In this document: in pieces, positions 8,836 to 18,775 of the stretch
Layout of the letters: each line of letters opens with the position of its first letter
How positions within the stretch are numbered: position 1 is the first letter of the stretch
Source: a virus
Taxonomy: Duplodnaviria; Heunggongvirae; Uroviricota; Caudoviricetes
IMG/VR virus record: IMGVR_UViG_2778261638_000008
DNA: 40,222 nt
Reading direction: 5' to 3' (one strand)
Translations under genes and position numbers: made by a program
Notes under the pieces: generated by a model
The model's input: the letters and a program-made list of their open reading frames with translations, nothing else
Database searches by the model: none
Told to the model about the DNA's origin: nothing

Positions 8836-10844
8836 TAACCCACCCTCACCTGATTACTTCGCATGACCTGAGCATTTGCAGACTGTTGCCGACGTGCAAC
8901 CTCATTACCGACAGCGTGCGGATCTCCGCCACCGTAAATGTGGTAGGTATTTTGCTGGTTAACCTCTGTCATTTTGCCACTAATTCCCGCCACGGCAGCC
9001 TTATTAATCAGCTCTCGGGAATAGATATTTCTTCCATTTTCATGCTGGATAATGCTGCTCATCAATGCTGACATGGTTTTCGGATCGCTCATATTCAGGG
9101 CAGCCCGGGGATCCACTCCCAGTCGTTGCGATACAGCCCTGATATACGCAGTTGTGTTGTTATTATCAGAGGCAGGTGCCCAGGTAGAGATAATTTTTTC
9201 CACACTGTTTATTCCTCGCCCGGCGTACAACATTAACTGACGAGCAAGAGCCCGTAATCCATCAAAGGCAGTTTCAAATCTGGCAAATCGCCCGCCCGGG
9301 TGTTCAAGAGAAGCCCCCGCTTGACCAGCAAAATTAAGGTTTCCCGGATTGTTATTCCGCTCTCCTCGTTTCGTAGCCTGTGCATGTTGTTCCGGCTCAT
9401 CATCACCAAACCAGCCGCGTACCGTCCGGCCCACACTGCGGGGATCGAATCCCCAGTGCTCTTTAATCCAGTCGGCAGTACTGTTAACGCTGTCTGTAAC
9501 CATCGGCATCGCTGACGGATTTTCGCTGCCCTGATTAAGTATCTGTTTGCCGATGCTGACGGCATCAGCCCAGCGTCCATCTTTGATAGCGTTGAGCAGG
9601 TCGGCGATCATGTTCAGCATTTTGCTGAATTCGCCCATCTGGTCGATGAAGTTGCTGAAATCCCACTTCAGGGACCATGATTTGGGGTCAATATTGAGTA
9701 GTTTCGCCAGCGCTTTCGCCAGATCGTTAACGGTCGTTTTAAGGTCACGAACCATCTTCAACGCGGCATCGACCTCCGGTTTCCACTTGCCCCAGTCAAT
9801 CAGGCTGTCGCCGCCTTCCTTCCAGGTCTGATAGTCCTCCCACAGGAGGGCAATCCCCGCCGCCAGCGCGGTAATGAGGCCAACCGGCGACATCCAGAAC
9901 GTACTGTTCAGAATGCGCAGCGCAATCGTCAGTGCGCCAAACAGCGAGATCAACTCCCGCGTTTGCTTATCCAGCGATTGCCACCAGGTGATGAGGCCTG
10001 ATGTCCCCTCAATCAGTCTGAAGAACAACCGCCCGATAATATCCCCGAGCGCCAGAATGCCTTTTATGGCTTTCGTCAGGGTCTGCTCGATACGAGGGAA
10101 GTTGTCCAGGATATGGCGGCGCAGGGTGTCCAGCGAACCTGCAAGCCCACCCGCAAGATTAGAGCCGATTTTGTCACGGGCCATGCCTGCCATCGCGCTA
10201 AACTCACGCAGGGAGGTCATAAATTTGTTGGAGCTTCTGGCCGCCTCGTCAGCATTGAAGCCGATAGCTTTCGCCATTGCGCTGTACTGCCCGGAGAAGC
10301 CACCCACACCCCGGCGCATCGCCATAAGGGTATTTTCGTCAATGCCCAGCATCTGCGCATACTGGTTAGCCCGGTAATACGGCATGCTGCTGAGTTTCTG
10401 TCCAACGCCCGTAAAGATAGCGGCCATGTCACGCATGTTACCGCTGGCATCACGGGTCTGTACGCCCAGGCGATTCAGAAATCCCTCCGCCCCGGGATTA
10501 TTACGAATAAACCGGGAGAGGTTTTCCAGAGAAGATCGCGCAGCGTCCACGCTGCCGCCAACCTGCGAAACCGCATAGCCAATAGACTGAATTCCCTGGA
10601 CTGTCGCGCCGGTGCGCTGTGACGCCCAGTAAAGATTATCCAGGCCGGAGGCGATCTTAGCCGTGAAGGCCACCACGGACAGCGCAGCTCCTTCAACGGC
10701 CAGCCCCATTTTGATGACATTTGCAGTTGTACCGGCGAGGACAGAACCGAACTTTTTCGCTCCTGCATCATCCACACTGAAGCCAAGCGAGACGAGGAAA
10801 TCTTTAATAGTTTCAGCGTTCATTATCCTCTCTCCATTTCTCAA
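8835..10844 (-). CDS. Tail tape measure protein
   Basis: 669 aa, long alpha-helical/Gly-Ala rich protein immediately after chaperone genes; true start may be the second ATG at 10823 (SD GGAGAGAGG upstream). Confidence 0.75.
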   Translation of the reverse strand: MRNGERIMNAETIKDFLVSLGFSVDDAGAKKFGSVLAGTTANVIKMGLAVEGAALSVVAFTAKIASGLDNLYWASQRTGATVQGIQSIGYAVSQVGGSVDAARSSLENLSRFIRNNPGAEGFLNRLGVQTRDASGNMRDMAAIFTGVGQKLSSMPYYRANQYAQMLGIDENTLMAMRRGVGGFSGQYSAMAKAIGFNADEAARSSNKFMTSLREFSAMAGMARDKIGSNLAGGLAGSLDTLRRHILDNFPRIEQTLTKAIKGILALGDIIGRLFFRLIEGTSGLITWWQSLDKQTRELISLFGALTIALRILNSTFWMSPVGLITALAAGIALLWEDYQTWKEGGDSLIDWGKWKPEVDAALKMVRDLKTTVNDLAKALAKLLNIDPKSWSLKWDFSNFIDQMGEFSKMLNMIADLLNAIKDGRWADAVSIGKQILNQGSENPSAMPMVTDSVNSTADWIKEHWGFDPRSVGRTVRGWFGDDEPEQHAQATKRGERNNNPGNLNFAGQAGASLEHPGGRFARFETAFDGLRALARQLMLYAGRGINSVEKIISTWAPASDNNNTTAYIRAVSQRLGVDPRAALNMSDPKTMSALMSSIIQHENGRNIYSRELINKAAVAGISGKMTEVNQQNTYHIYGGGDPHAVGNEVARRQQSANAQVMRSNQVRVG

Positions 10845-11000
10845 TGCGCCGCTGGTTATCCGCTTTTACCGCCAGATGGTCATTCAAGAGAGCAATGTCA
10901 TACAAATCGACAGAGCCATCTTTAAGTGCTGTATAGGGAATTAACCCGGCGTCAACCGGATTGAGAAGGTAGGACAGCCCGTCCGGCAGGCTGTTAAACG

Positions 11001-11453
11001 TCAGCCCTGTTGCAGGCTCTGCGTCGTGCTGGTAAGGGGTGTAGGCAAAAAATTTCCCAGCGAATCAGCGACCACCCGCGCCACCAGCTGCAGCATGACC
11101 AGCAAGTCAATATCATCAAACATCAGTTCGCCCTGGGTAAATACCGGCACCCATCCGTCCATATGACGCCGCGATACCACCGCAAGACAGGGATGAATAA
11201 TCGCATCGGTGTCATCTTCGGTCAGGGAAGACAGTTCCTCAGCGATACGCGGGAGCATGGTTTCAAACACCGGTTTTAACTGTTCGAATTTCACGGTGTC
11301 GATTTTGCCGTCAGCTGGCAAACGGGAGCGAATGCTCCCGAAATCTGACATCATTCCTGCCAGCACCGGCAGAAGTTTGCGGGTCACTTTCAGCTGGTCA
11401 AAAACGCTGAGTTTTGCCGTGCGATATTTCACGCCTTTAATTTCGAATTCCAT
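11001..11453 (-). CDS. Tail assembly chaperone (gpG-like), with -1 frameshift extension
   Basis: 150 aa between tail tube and tape measure; contains slippery heptamer G GGA AAT near its 3-prime end and an open -1 frame continuing to about 10812. Confidence 0.6.
   Translation of the reverse strand: MEFEIKGVKYRTAKLSVFDQLKVTRKLLPVLAGMMSDFGSIRSRLPADGKIDTVKFEQLKPVFETMLPRIAEELSSLTEDDTDAIIHPCLAVVSRRHMDGWVPVFTQGELMFDDIDLLVMLQLVARVVADSLGNFLPTPLTSTTQSLQQG
11052..11058 (-). other. Putative programmed -1 ribosomal frameshift slippery site (GGGAAAT) in tail chaperone gene
   Basis: Minus-strand heptamer G GGA AAT in zero frame; the -1 frame stays open for about 80 codons, ending with TGA overlapping the tape-measure start. 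Confidence 0.55.
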
Positions 11454-11456
11454 GTA

Positions 11457-11897
11457 TTAAAACTCCCCGAGAACCTGGTCAATCTTGCCGCAGTCAAACA
11501 CCCACGGCATCGTATTACCGGTTTTAGCGTTGGCGTTATCCGGTTGTTTCTGGAACGCAACACTGCGTGCCGTGATGATGTCGCCGCTGACCTTGTTGCG
11601 GATCACGATAACGTTATTCCCCCATGTGGCAGAAGACTGGCTCTGTGCGTTATACGCCAGCGACAATTTTTTATTTGTCGGTGATGTCTTCAGAAGGTTA
11701 ACGGTAATTGTCCCGCTTTTATCTGCATGGAGACTGTGCATCACTTCGCCATCAGAACCGATGGTCATGGTGTTTTTAGGACCGCCCATCGCAACCACAA
11801 TCCCCTCTTCAGAACTTGCCGAACCGTACCCGAGGTCAATCGAACCGGTCGGCCCGGTCAGCGTCGCAGTGACATCCATAAAAGAATAGGTAGGCAT
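11457..11897 (-). CDS. Tail tube protein
   Basis: 146 aa directly downstream of sheath-like gene. Confidence 0.55.
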   Translation of the reverse strand: MPTYSFMDVTATLTGPTGSIDLGYGSASSEEGIVVAMGGPKNTMTIGSDGEVMHSLHADKSGTITVNLLKTSPTNKKLSLAYNAQSQSSATWGNNVIVIRNKVSGDIITARSVAFQKQPDNANAKTGNTMPWVFDCGKIDQVLGEF

Positions 11898-11907
11898 TCA
11901 CTTCCCC

Positions 11908-13053
11908 TTAGCGAACAACGTTAATCTGTACGTCAGCGTAATGAACCGCGCCTGCAAGTTTTATTGCAGCCTGAATCACCGGAGCCTTACGGGCTTCACG
12001 TTCTGATTGTGCCTGTTCATCCAGCGGCTGGGCGTATACGTAATAACCTTTGGGCAGCGTGTCACCTGATGACAACTGACCAAGGTCGCCCCCGTTCCAT
12101 ACGCCCGGAGCAATCAGTCCATTCTGAACGGCCTGATCCAGTGATTTTTCAACATTTGATAACAGTCGGGTAATACCGGCTTCAGTCTGGGGAACTTTCG
12201 TGGTGCTGGTATAAAGCAGGTTATAGAGGTTGGTCTGCACATAATTCTGTAACCAGTCCAGGCCGTGGCGTTCATCAAAGAAATCGCCGTTAGCCATCAC
12301 TCCCTGCTGGAGGATAGCCGTATCATTCTGGTAGTACACGAATACATTGCAGTTTTTTGCATCAAGTGCCGATGCCTGGCTGACTGTCAGTGTTTCATAC
12401 CCGACACCCGGCTCCTGCTTAAACTTGAGCGTAATCGCGGTATTACTGCCATTGAAATTAACCGTGAATGCCCGGCCAAATGCAGATAACGCAGCGTATT
12501 TATTACCCGATGAATACTGAATAAAACTGCGTGAATATCCGGCGGTTTTCAGTTTTGATGCCAAATCATCGCTGGATGCAGTCTGCAGGCATTTATCATC
12601 GCTTGTCGTAATCGCCAGAATACGGCTTACAGAAGAGGATTCGATCGCCGCAGCCACTTTCAGCCAGTCTGCATCCGGAATATCTTCATCGTCTGCAATC
12701 CCCAGCCCATACCATGAAGTATAATCGAGCATGGCATTCACAGCCTGCTCCAGCGTCTCAGGCGTGGCCTGTTCGCTGTCTCCCTTCGTTTTCACCCAAC
12801 GACCAACAAAAACCTCCTGAGGTTTCGGTGATTGAGAGAAAAACACCTGCGCAGCCTTATATTCTGGTGATTCCACGCCAAAATCTTTTCCAATATCTTC
12901 CGCGGCAGAATAACGGCGAATGCGCTCACTTACCGGAATGATTGTGGACGGGCCGAGAATGAGTAATGCACCAAAATTTCGCCCTGATGCTGCACGCGGC
13001 GACATGATCACATCAACATTAACAACGTTTGATACAGGCAAGCCCTGTGCCAT
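11908..13053 (-). CDS. Tail sheath protein
   Basis: 381 aa, precedes tube gene; implies contractile tail. Confidence 0.55.
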   Translation of the reverse strand: MAQGLPVSNVVNVDVIMSPRAASGRNFGALLILGPSTIIPVSERIRRYSAAEDIGKDFGVESPEYKAAQVFFSQSPKPQEVFVGRWVKTKGDSEQATPETLEQAVNAMLDYTSWYGLGIADDEDIPDADWLKVAAAIESSSVSRILAITTSDDKCLQTASSDDLASKLKTAGYSRSFIQYSSGNKYAALSAFGRAFTVNFNGSNTAITLKFKQEPGVGYETLTVSQASALDAKNCNVFVYYQNDTAILQQGVMANGDFFDERHGLDWLQNYVQTNLYNLLYTSTTKVPQTEAGITRLLSNVEKSLDQAVQNGLIAPGVWNGGDLGQLSSGDTLPKGYYVYAQPLDEQAQSEREARKAPVIQAAIKLAGAVHYADVQINVVR

Positions 13054-13056
13054 AGC

Positions 13057-13665
13057 TTAATCTCCGAAAAAGATGACTGGTGCTTCCACCAGCGATTTAA
13101 TACCGTACTCGCGCACAACCTTCCGGCGCAGACGCACCGTCATATCGTAGCGGCGGACCCATTGCTGATTAATAAGTTCAGGGAAGGGAGTCAGACCTGT
13201 GTAATCGCCAAGAGACAGCCCCAGCGCATTCAGTGCTGCATTGTTCTGCGATACAGATATACCGTCACGAAACCGGGACGCATACACCATCCCCGCCGGT
13301 CCATAAAACGAAGCCATACACTCAATCGTTTCATGCCGCCAGAGCTGAGAGCCATCATCGGTCTGTCTGGTGAATGCCGGGCTGTCATCACCTGACCATC
13401 CGATAACCCCAAACGCACACCAGTTCGTTTCAGCCGGTAGCAGTGGCGGCTGCTCTTTCTGCCAGCGCGGACGAACCATCCCGGCAGACAGACCGGAAAC
13501 GTTACGCATCCACTGGCTTAACAGCCTGTCGAGCGCTTCGTCATAATCCGGATCGCCACTGGTTGGTATCAGCCATCCGCGCTCTGTGCTGGTGTTATTG
13601 CTCAACCGGAATTCCCCCATCAAACGGCAGCAACTCACAATGCGCCTGAACGAATCCGGCACCAT
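13057..13665 (-). CDS. Phage neck / head-tail joining protein (hypothetical)
   Basis: 202 aa between capsid and sheath genes; start uncertain (overlaps next ORF). Confidence 0.4.
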   Translation of the reverse strand: MVPDSFRRIVSCCRLMGEFRLSNNTSTERGWLIPTSGDPDYDEALDRLLSQWMRNVSGLSAGMVRPRWQKEQPPLLPAETNWCAFGVIGWSGDDSPAFTRQTDDGSQLWRHETIECMASFYGPAGMVYASRFRDGISVSQNNAALNALGLSLGDYTGLTPFPELINQQWVRRYDMTVRLRRKVVREYGIKSLVEAPVIFFGD

Positions 13666-13984
13666 AAGCTGTATACGGGTCGACGAAGGTCACACGGTAA
13701 TCACGGCCCTGATACGTCACGATATCAGCATCACGGCCAGTCTGTCCCTGCGTCAGTCGCTCAGTCGTCACAATCAGAATTGCACCACTGATTACCTGCC
13801 CGGCCTGCATACGACGGTTTTCCAGAGAGCGATCAACAGTAACGACTCCGGCAAACTGCTTTTTAACTTCGCTGTCGCTGCCGATCCCATCCTCATCCAC
13901 CGTTTGCACACGCCGTGTTACCCACAAATTGAAATCGCAAAAATCGGGGTCAAAAAGCACATCTGTTACATCAAGAGTCGGCAT
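13595..13984 (-). CDS. Phage neck / head completion protein (hypothetical)
   Basis: 129 aa; position-based. Confidence 0.4.
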   Translation of the reverse strand: MPTLDVTDVLFDPDFCDFNLWVTRRVQTVDEDGIGSDSEVKKQFAGVVTVDRSLENRRMQAGQVISGAILIVTTERLTQGQTGRDADIVTYQGRDYRVTFVDPYTAYGAGFVQAHCELLPFDGGIPVEQ

Positions 13985-14525
13985 CTTTATCCCTCACAAC
14001 ATGGGTAATAGCTCTGCGATATTGCCCGGTATCAATTAATGGTTTCGCCAGATCGGTTCCGGGAGATTCGCCAGCAGCACGCCGGGCAAGTTCCAGTGTT
14101 GCCCCCTTGCGCCCCCGACGAGCCCGGGCTTCAACAGTGCTGTCAGCAAGCGGCGTAAAGCCGGTAATAGTCATGTAACGCCTGACGCCATTAGCGGCCA
14201 GCGTTCCGGCACGGTTAAGTGCGCGTTCTGCTCCCGCAGCATTACCATCAAGAGCAGCCTGCGCCGCGGTTTTGAGCTGCGGCACCGTCTGCTCTTCTGC
14301 CGATTTAACGCCGGGGACCAGGTGAGGTCGTGGCGGGATGTTCTGCTCTGGTGAGCCGTATTCGTTGAGGTAACCGATGCCCGCATTACCAAACGGAACA
14401 TCATCCCGCTCGCTGTCTTCCGAAGGGATGCCGACCAGCACATCTTTTTTGGTTAACGACCTGAGCGCATCCAGAATGACCTTAGCGTTATCCACCCTCG
14501 TTGTTACACCGCTTTTGAAACTCAT
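13971..14525 (-). CDS. Phage head-tail connector protein (hypothetical)
   Basis: 184 aa; position-based. Confidence 0.4.
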   Translation of the reverse strand: MSFKSGVTTRVDNAKVILDALRSLTKKDVLVGIPSEDSERDDVPFGNAGIGYLNEYGSPEQNIPPRPHLVPGVKSAEEQTVPQLKTAAQAALDGNAAGAERALNRAGTLAANGVRRYMTITGFTPLADSTVEARARRGRKGATLELARRAAGESPGTDLAKPLIDTGQYRRAITHVVRDKDADS

Positions 14526-15013
14526 AGCTGGCGACCGCCTGCACCGAACATCGTGATCAACTGATAAAATTCAGCGCCATATCGGGTGTTATTCCAGAAG
14601 CCTGCATCAGGATTCAGCGTCGCGCTGGTGTCATAACTGACACTTACCTTGTCAACGGACTTTGAGGACTGAACACCATTGGTTGAGCCGCCAGGACCAC
14701 CAGCCAGCATCGCCCTGCTGTCAGCCGCCCAGAGCGTCATGTAGTGCGCAACGAACAATCCGGCAAAGTACGGAAACAACTTTTTGCCGGTGACATTTTC
14801 GCTCAGCAGTTCATCGGCCAGATTCAGACGGAACCCGATTTGGGCGTCGGGATATTTTGCCGGGTCAGCAAACTGCGGGAAGTCGCGGCGAAAATCACTT
14901 ACCGCTGGCAGACTTTGATTCTTTGGCATCTTTAGCCCCATTACCGCCAGTCCGGGCGGCAGTAATCTGCACCTGCAGGCTGTCGTTCTGCTCCTGCAGT
15001 TTGAGCAATGCAT
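14522..15013 (-). CDS. Phage head-tail adaptor protein (hypothetical)
   Basis: 163 aa; position-based. Confidence 0.4.
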   Translation of the reverse strand: MHCSNCRSRTTACRCRLLPPGLAVMGLKMPKNQSLPAVSDFRRDFPQFADPAKYPDAQIGFRLNLADELLSENVTGKKLFPYFAGLFVAHYMTLWAADSRAMLAGGPGGSTNGVQSSKSVDKVSVSYDTSATLNPDAGFWNNTRYGAEFYQLITMFGAGGRQL

Positions 15014-15263
15014 CTTTCAGATCGGCAATCAGCTTATCTTTATCAGCAATCTGCGCTTGCAGGCCGTCGACAATGGGTTGCAGATCATCGGTGTCGCTAA
15101 TCACGCTTTCGGAAATCTCAGAGTGCGCCTGGGTGAACCAGTGCGACGCGACCTCTTCCGGTACGTTATGTCGTCCCCGGCCAAACTCCTGTTTTGACTG
15201 ATCGCCGAGCGTCAGCGTAAACGGGGTGTGAACATGGATGGTAACCAGTTTTTCTTTCGCCAT
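14895..15263 (-). CDS. Hypothetical phage structural protein (about 122 aa)
   Basis: Track ORF 14895-15494 overlaps the capsid gene; internal start MAKEKL at 15263 with SD AGGAAA is more plausible; coiled-coil C terminus. Confidence 0.4.
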   Translation of the reverse strand: MAKEKLVTIHVHTPFTLTLGDQSKQEFGRGRHNVPEEVASHWFTQAHSEISESVISDTDDLQPIVDGLQAQIADKDKLIADLKDALLKLQEQNDSLQVQITAARTGGNGAKDAKESKSASGK

Positions 15264-15277
15264 TTCAGTTTCCTTCA

Positions 15278-15293
15278 GGCCCCTTTCGGGGCC
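15278..15293 (-). terminator. Stem-loop (GGCCCC-UUUC-GGGGCC) downstream of major capsid gene; possible attenuator
   Basis: Perfect 6-bp GC inverted repeat with 4-nt loop between capsid stop (15304) and next start (15263); no U-tract, so likely a partial terminator or stability element. Confidence 0.4.
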
Positions 15294-15303
15294 ATTCTGG
15301 TTA

Positions 15304-16245
15304 TCAGATACCGTCCACATAGGACAGAGTTTCTTTATACACTGGCTCGACTGCACCCAGCTTGCCGTAGTAAGTGACGATCTGATACAGACCGCGATAC
15401 TGCACCGGCACGCTCTGAAGCGGAACCAGCGGGTAACGGACGTATTTTTTATCGTTGGTGTACGCAACCATGCGATCCTTATTCCCCACACCACGGCCTT
15501 TCAGCCATTTAACCGCGCGGATATTCAGCGGAACACCGTTCTGGTGATAGCTGATGGTGTTGGTCTGAAGGTACGTCAACAGGGACTGGTTACCCGCAGA
15601 TGAAACGATGATGCTGGACAACAGAGCAAACTGCTCAGGCGGGATCAGCAAATCACGCGGAACCACAGAGTAACCAGAAGCGGCCCACGCATCAGACAGC
15701 ACCTGGTTAATGCTTGCACGGATTTCGTCCGGTGTTGAGGTTGCCCACGTTTTGGCAGCGTTGTTGACAGGCACGCCGTCCAGGGTAACAAGGCCTTTCA
15801 GGTTTAATGCGGAATCGCCAACATATACCTGTTCATCGTTATCCATCTGCCATTTCAGTTGCATCCCGTCATACTTCTGCGTATCAATCGGGCGGCCGAC
15901 CTGCTGAGCAGCCTGCAATTCTATGACCGTCCAGCCAAGTTCCATCCCCCACAGGTTCAGCGGGTTACCGGATTTGCCGGTATCCACGTTCACGCCAGCA
16001 ATAGCGGTTGAGTCTTTGCCTACCCAGTTTTTGCCATTCGGATTTGCACCAGTACCCGCAGCGGCGAAGCTGGTATTCGTCCAGCTGGAAATGTCATCTG
16101 CGATAGAGACATCTTCACGCAACTGAATATCGCGGGTCCAGGTGTACCCCACCAGTGGCAGGTGCAGCGTCTGGTCGAGTCGCTCCAGCTCCCCGATGAG
16201 AAAGGCACCAGAGCTGTCAACAGTTGCCTGATCAAAAGTAATCAT
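15304..16245 (-). CDS. Major capsid protein
   Basis: 313 aa, follows scaffold/protease and decoration-like genes; followed by a GC hairpin. Confidence 0.6.
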   Translation of the reverse strand: MITFDQATVDSSGAFLIGELERLDQTLHLPLVGYTWTRDIQLREDVSIADDISSWTNTSFAAAGTGANPNGKNWVGKDSTAIAGVNVDTGKSGNPLNLWGMELGWTVIELQAAQQVGRPIDTQKYDGMQLKWQMDNDEQVYVGDSALNLKGLVTLDGVPVNNAAKTWATSTPDEIRASINQVLSDAWAASGYSVVPRDLLIPPEQFALLSSIIVSSAGNQSLLTYLQTNTISYHQNGVPLNIRAVKWLKGRGVGNKDRMVAYTNDKKYVRYPLVPLQSVPVQYRGLYQIVTYYGKLGAVEPVYKETLSYVDGI

Positions 16246-16256
16246 TCGTCTGTTCC

Positions 16257-16763
16257 TTAAATCTTCCAGGAAATTTCTGCATTGCCGTCAACATCACCGG
16301 CACCTGTGAATTCAGCGTTGGTCAGCACCACGTTTTTGCCACTGACTGACGTGGACATGAATCCACCCAGCGGCACTTTGATGGATTCATCAGTGGAGAC
16401 GACAACGTATACCGGGTCGCCTTTTTTGATGGTGCTGGCATCAAAATCAGAACCGAGATTAACGGTCACGTAGCCACGCTTCATGGCGTCGCCCGGGAAG
16501 TTCTTGCCAGTCCCCACCTGGCGAACTATGTCCGGCTGCGAAGTGGTCGGATAAGGGCGCACGTAGATCCCCTTCACCTTGTCTGCGGTATCACCATCTG
16601 CCAGCGGCACGAAAAAACCGTCATCATCGTATTTACCAGCCAGGCCATAGGCAGCGAAGGCGTTATCGGATTTAAGGACCACCGGTTCGACGGTTAAGTC
16701 CTGCGGGCGAGAGATAGCCCCGGCAATGCCAACAGGCATCCGGTACAGAAATACATTATTCAT
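16257..16763 (-). CDS. Phage head structural protein (decoration / DUF2190-like)
   Basis: 168 aa between scaffold-like and capsid genes. Confidence 0.4.
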   Translation of the reverse strand: MNNVFLYRMPVGIAGAISRPQDLTVEPVVLKSDNAFAAYGLAGKYDDDGFFVPLADGDTADKVKGIYVRPYPTTSQPDIVRQVGTGKNFPGDAMKRGYVTVNLGSDFDASTIKKGDPVYVVVSTDESIKVPLGGFMSTSVSGKNVVLTNAEFTGAGDVDGNAEISWKI

Positions 16764-16766
16764 TTT

Positions 16767-17987
16767 TTACCCTTTACGGTTTGCCCAGAATTCAGCGTTT
16801 TGTTTGTTCAGGGAAGCGATACTGGTCATGCCCATGTTTGGGCGCTGTGCATCGCCGGTGGTGGCGCGGGTGTTTCGCCCTTTGGCAATCTCAGACACGG
16901 CATTAAACGCCATGTCGACCGATTGTTTCGGCAATTTGCGGATATCCGCATCACCGACGATCTGGCGAACCAGCGTTTTATCTGCGGAAGCCAGAACCTC
17001 GCGTTTGAACGCGGTCGGTTTCATCTTACGGCTCAGATCGATACCCGGAACGATAACTTCGGCACGCCAGGCTGAGTCACCAGTAATAGTGGTTTCCTCT
17101 TCATCGTCCTCGCCGTCACCGGTCGGATTATCGTCAGGCTTATTATCGTTATCGCCCGTGGCATTTCCTTCCAGCTTAGCCAGCAGGGCTTTCAGTAATG
17201 TTTTGAGGTCATCATCACTGTCGCCGGTTGGACCTCCCCCCATCTCTGGTGCTTTGTCCGGTAGTGGTTGCTGCGGGGACAGGTTGATGTTGAGATTAAC
17301 GCCCTGCGGCAAATCCCCCTCATCTCCTGTAACCGATGCGGGAGCCGACTCCACCAGTTCGTTCATGGTGTCGGCATCTCCTGTCTTGATGGCTGCACGC
17401 ATGCGGTTCCACCAGTTTTTCTTTTGATTTGCCATTGTGTCTCTGTCTCCAATTGCACAACGATTTCCGGCTCTGCCTTTGGGGACAAGAGCCACATGGT
17501 TTCCGGTAATATCGACCTGCTCGGCTTTACCTGACTCGGTCTGCTCGTACTCCGCGTCATAGCCGCACGACACTTCACGCAGGCCATCTTCGATAAGCTG
17601 AATGGCTTTTTCGTCTTTGACGATAAGGTCAGCCAGCATCAAATCAGACTGCTCACCCGTCCCGCGCCGGACATTCTGGAGGTGCCCGACAGCAAGCTCT
17701 TTCCAGTTCTCGGGATTTACCAGCCGCACATTCCCGTTTTCATCTTCAGGATGCAGGATCGTGATGCTCATCCCTTCGAATGAGGCAAGCGTGGCCGGAT
17801 GGAATACCTGCTCAGGAGAACGCGTGACGACTATTTCACCGAACTTATCGGGTTTCAGTTTTGGCAGGTCATCAGCACCATAGAGCTGCTTACCTGTTCG
17901 TCCTATCGGCACGTCTTTGCACAGCAACGAGCCGTCAGCCAGCTGATAGCGGGTTTCACCCAGCCGGGTATTGAAAAAATATTTCAT
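16767..17987 (-). CDS. Prohead protease/scaffold-like protein (DUF2213-like)
   Basis: 406 aa with low-complexity acidic Gly/Asp-rich central linker and helical C terminus; upstream of capsid gene. Confidence 0.5.
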   Translation of the reverse strand: MKYFFNTRLGETRYQLADGSLLCKDVPIGRTGKQLYGADDLPKLKPDKFGEIVVTRSPEQVFHPATLASFEGMSITILHPEDENGNVRLVNPENWKELAVGHLQNVRRGTGEQSDLMLADLIVKDEKAIQLIEDGLREVSCGYDAEYEQTESGKAEQVDITGNHVALVPKGRAGNRCAIGDRDTMANQKKNWWNRMRAAIKTGDADTMNELVESAPASVTGDEGDLPQGVNLNINLSPQQPLPDKAPEMGGGPTGDSDDDLKTLLKALLAKLEGNATGDNDNKPDDNPTGDGEDDEEETTITGDSAWRAEVIVPGIDLSRKMKPTAFKREVLASADKTLVRQIVGDADIRKLPKQSVDMAFNAVSEIAKGRNTRATTGDAQRPNMGMTSIASLNKQNAEFWANRKG

Positions 17988-18001
17988 GTGTTACCTGCGA
18001 T

Positions 18002-18775
18002 TCAGGCGGGATAATAATGGGAGGTGGGAAAAACGATTTCTTTATAACAGCGACAATTCGGGAGCTCGCCAGCGTGACCGGTCATGCCATCAAGCGTTGG
18101 AGGTTTGCCCCATTCGACAAATTTACCTTCCATTTCCCGATGAGAATGCCTGACGTCACCATCTTCGGCTGTACGCCAGATATAACCATTCGAACCAATT
18201 GCCAGCGCACGCGCCTGATCCAGCGCGCCGGTTGCACGTCCAAGTTCAGTACGGGCAATCAGGTCAGCTCTGGACTTTGCTATATCACCCGATGCTGCAA
18301 TTTCTTTAGCAAAATGTTCTGCTCTCCCACCGGTCACAACAGCTTCTGTCGCCCGATTCTGGATGTCGTACACCCTGTCAGCCGCCTCGAGGGGTAGCGA
18401 TTTGATGTACTTAACCTGTTCAGCAACGATGGATTTCATCACCTGGCCTGGAGGGGCACTGTTTACCAGATTGCGTAGCTCACGGCTGATGGTTTTGCTG
18501 TGTTTACTCCACTGCTCATCATTCTTGCGCACAATGTCGGCGGTAAAGTTTTCCGCGACCTTTGTCGCCCAAGGGGTGATGATTTCACTGTAGCGTTCCA
18601 GCGCCTCAATAATTTCCGTGATACTGTCATTTGAACCATCGTAGTGACCATTTACGATGTCCCCGACCGCCCTCGCTATCCTGCGTAGGCTGGTTCGATA
18701 CCGGATTTCCGCCTGACGGCTCCTGCGGTTCGTCATCAGGTTCGCCGATGCCGGGCGGCGCTTCATCTTCGGCAT
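18002..18775 (-). CDS. Head morphogenesis protein (Mu F / SPP1 gp7-like)
   Basis: 257 aa directly downstream of portal; track start overlaps the portal gene by about 150 nt, so true start is probably internal. Confidence 0.6.
   Translation of the reverse strand: MPKMKRRPASANLMTNRRSRQAEIRYRTSLRRIARAVGDIVNGHYDGSNDSITEIIEALERYSEIITPWATKVAENFTADIVRKNDEQWSKHSKTISRELRNLVNSAPPGQVMKSIVAEQVKYIKSLPLEAADRVYDIQNRATEAVVTGGRAEHFAKEIAASGDIAKSRADLIARTELGRATGALDQARALAIGSNGYIWRTAEDGDVRHSHREMEGKFVEWGKPPTLDGMTGHAGELPNCRCYKEIVFPTSHYYPA

Noticed and set aside
10113-10622. 169-aa plus-strand ORF (and other plus-strand ORFs 8886-10944)
   Set aside because: Antisense to the tape-measure gene; Arg/Ala/Ser-rich translation typical of antisense frames in GC-rich coding sequence.
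16726-17427. 233-aa plus-strand ORF
   Set aside because: Antisense to the scaffold/protease-like gene; Ser/Pro-rich low-complexity product.
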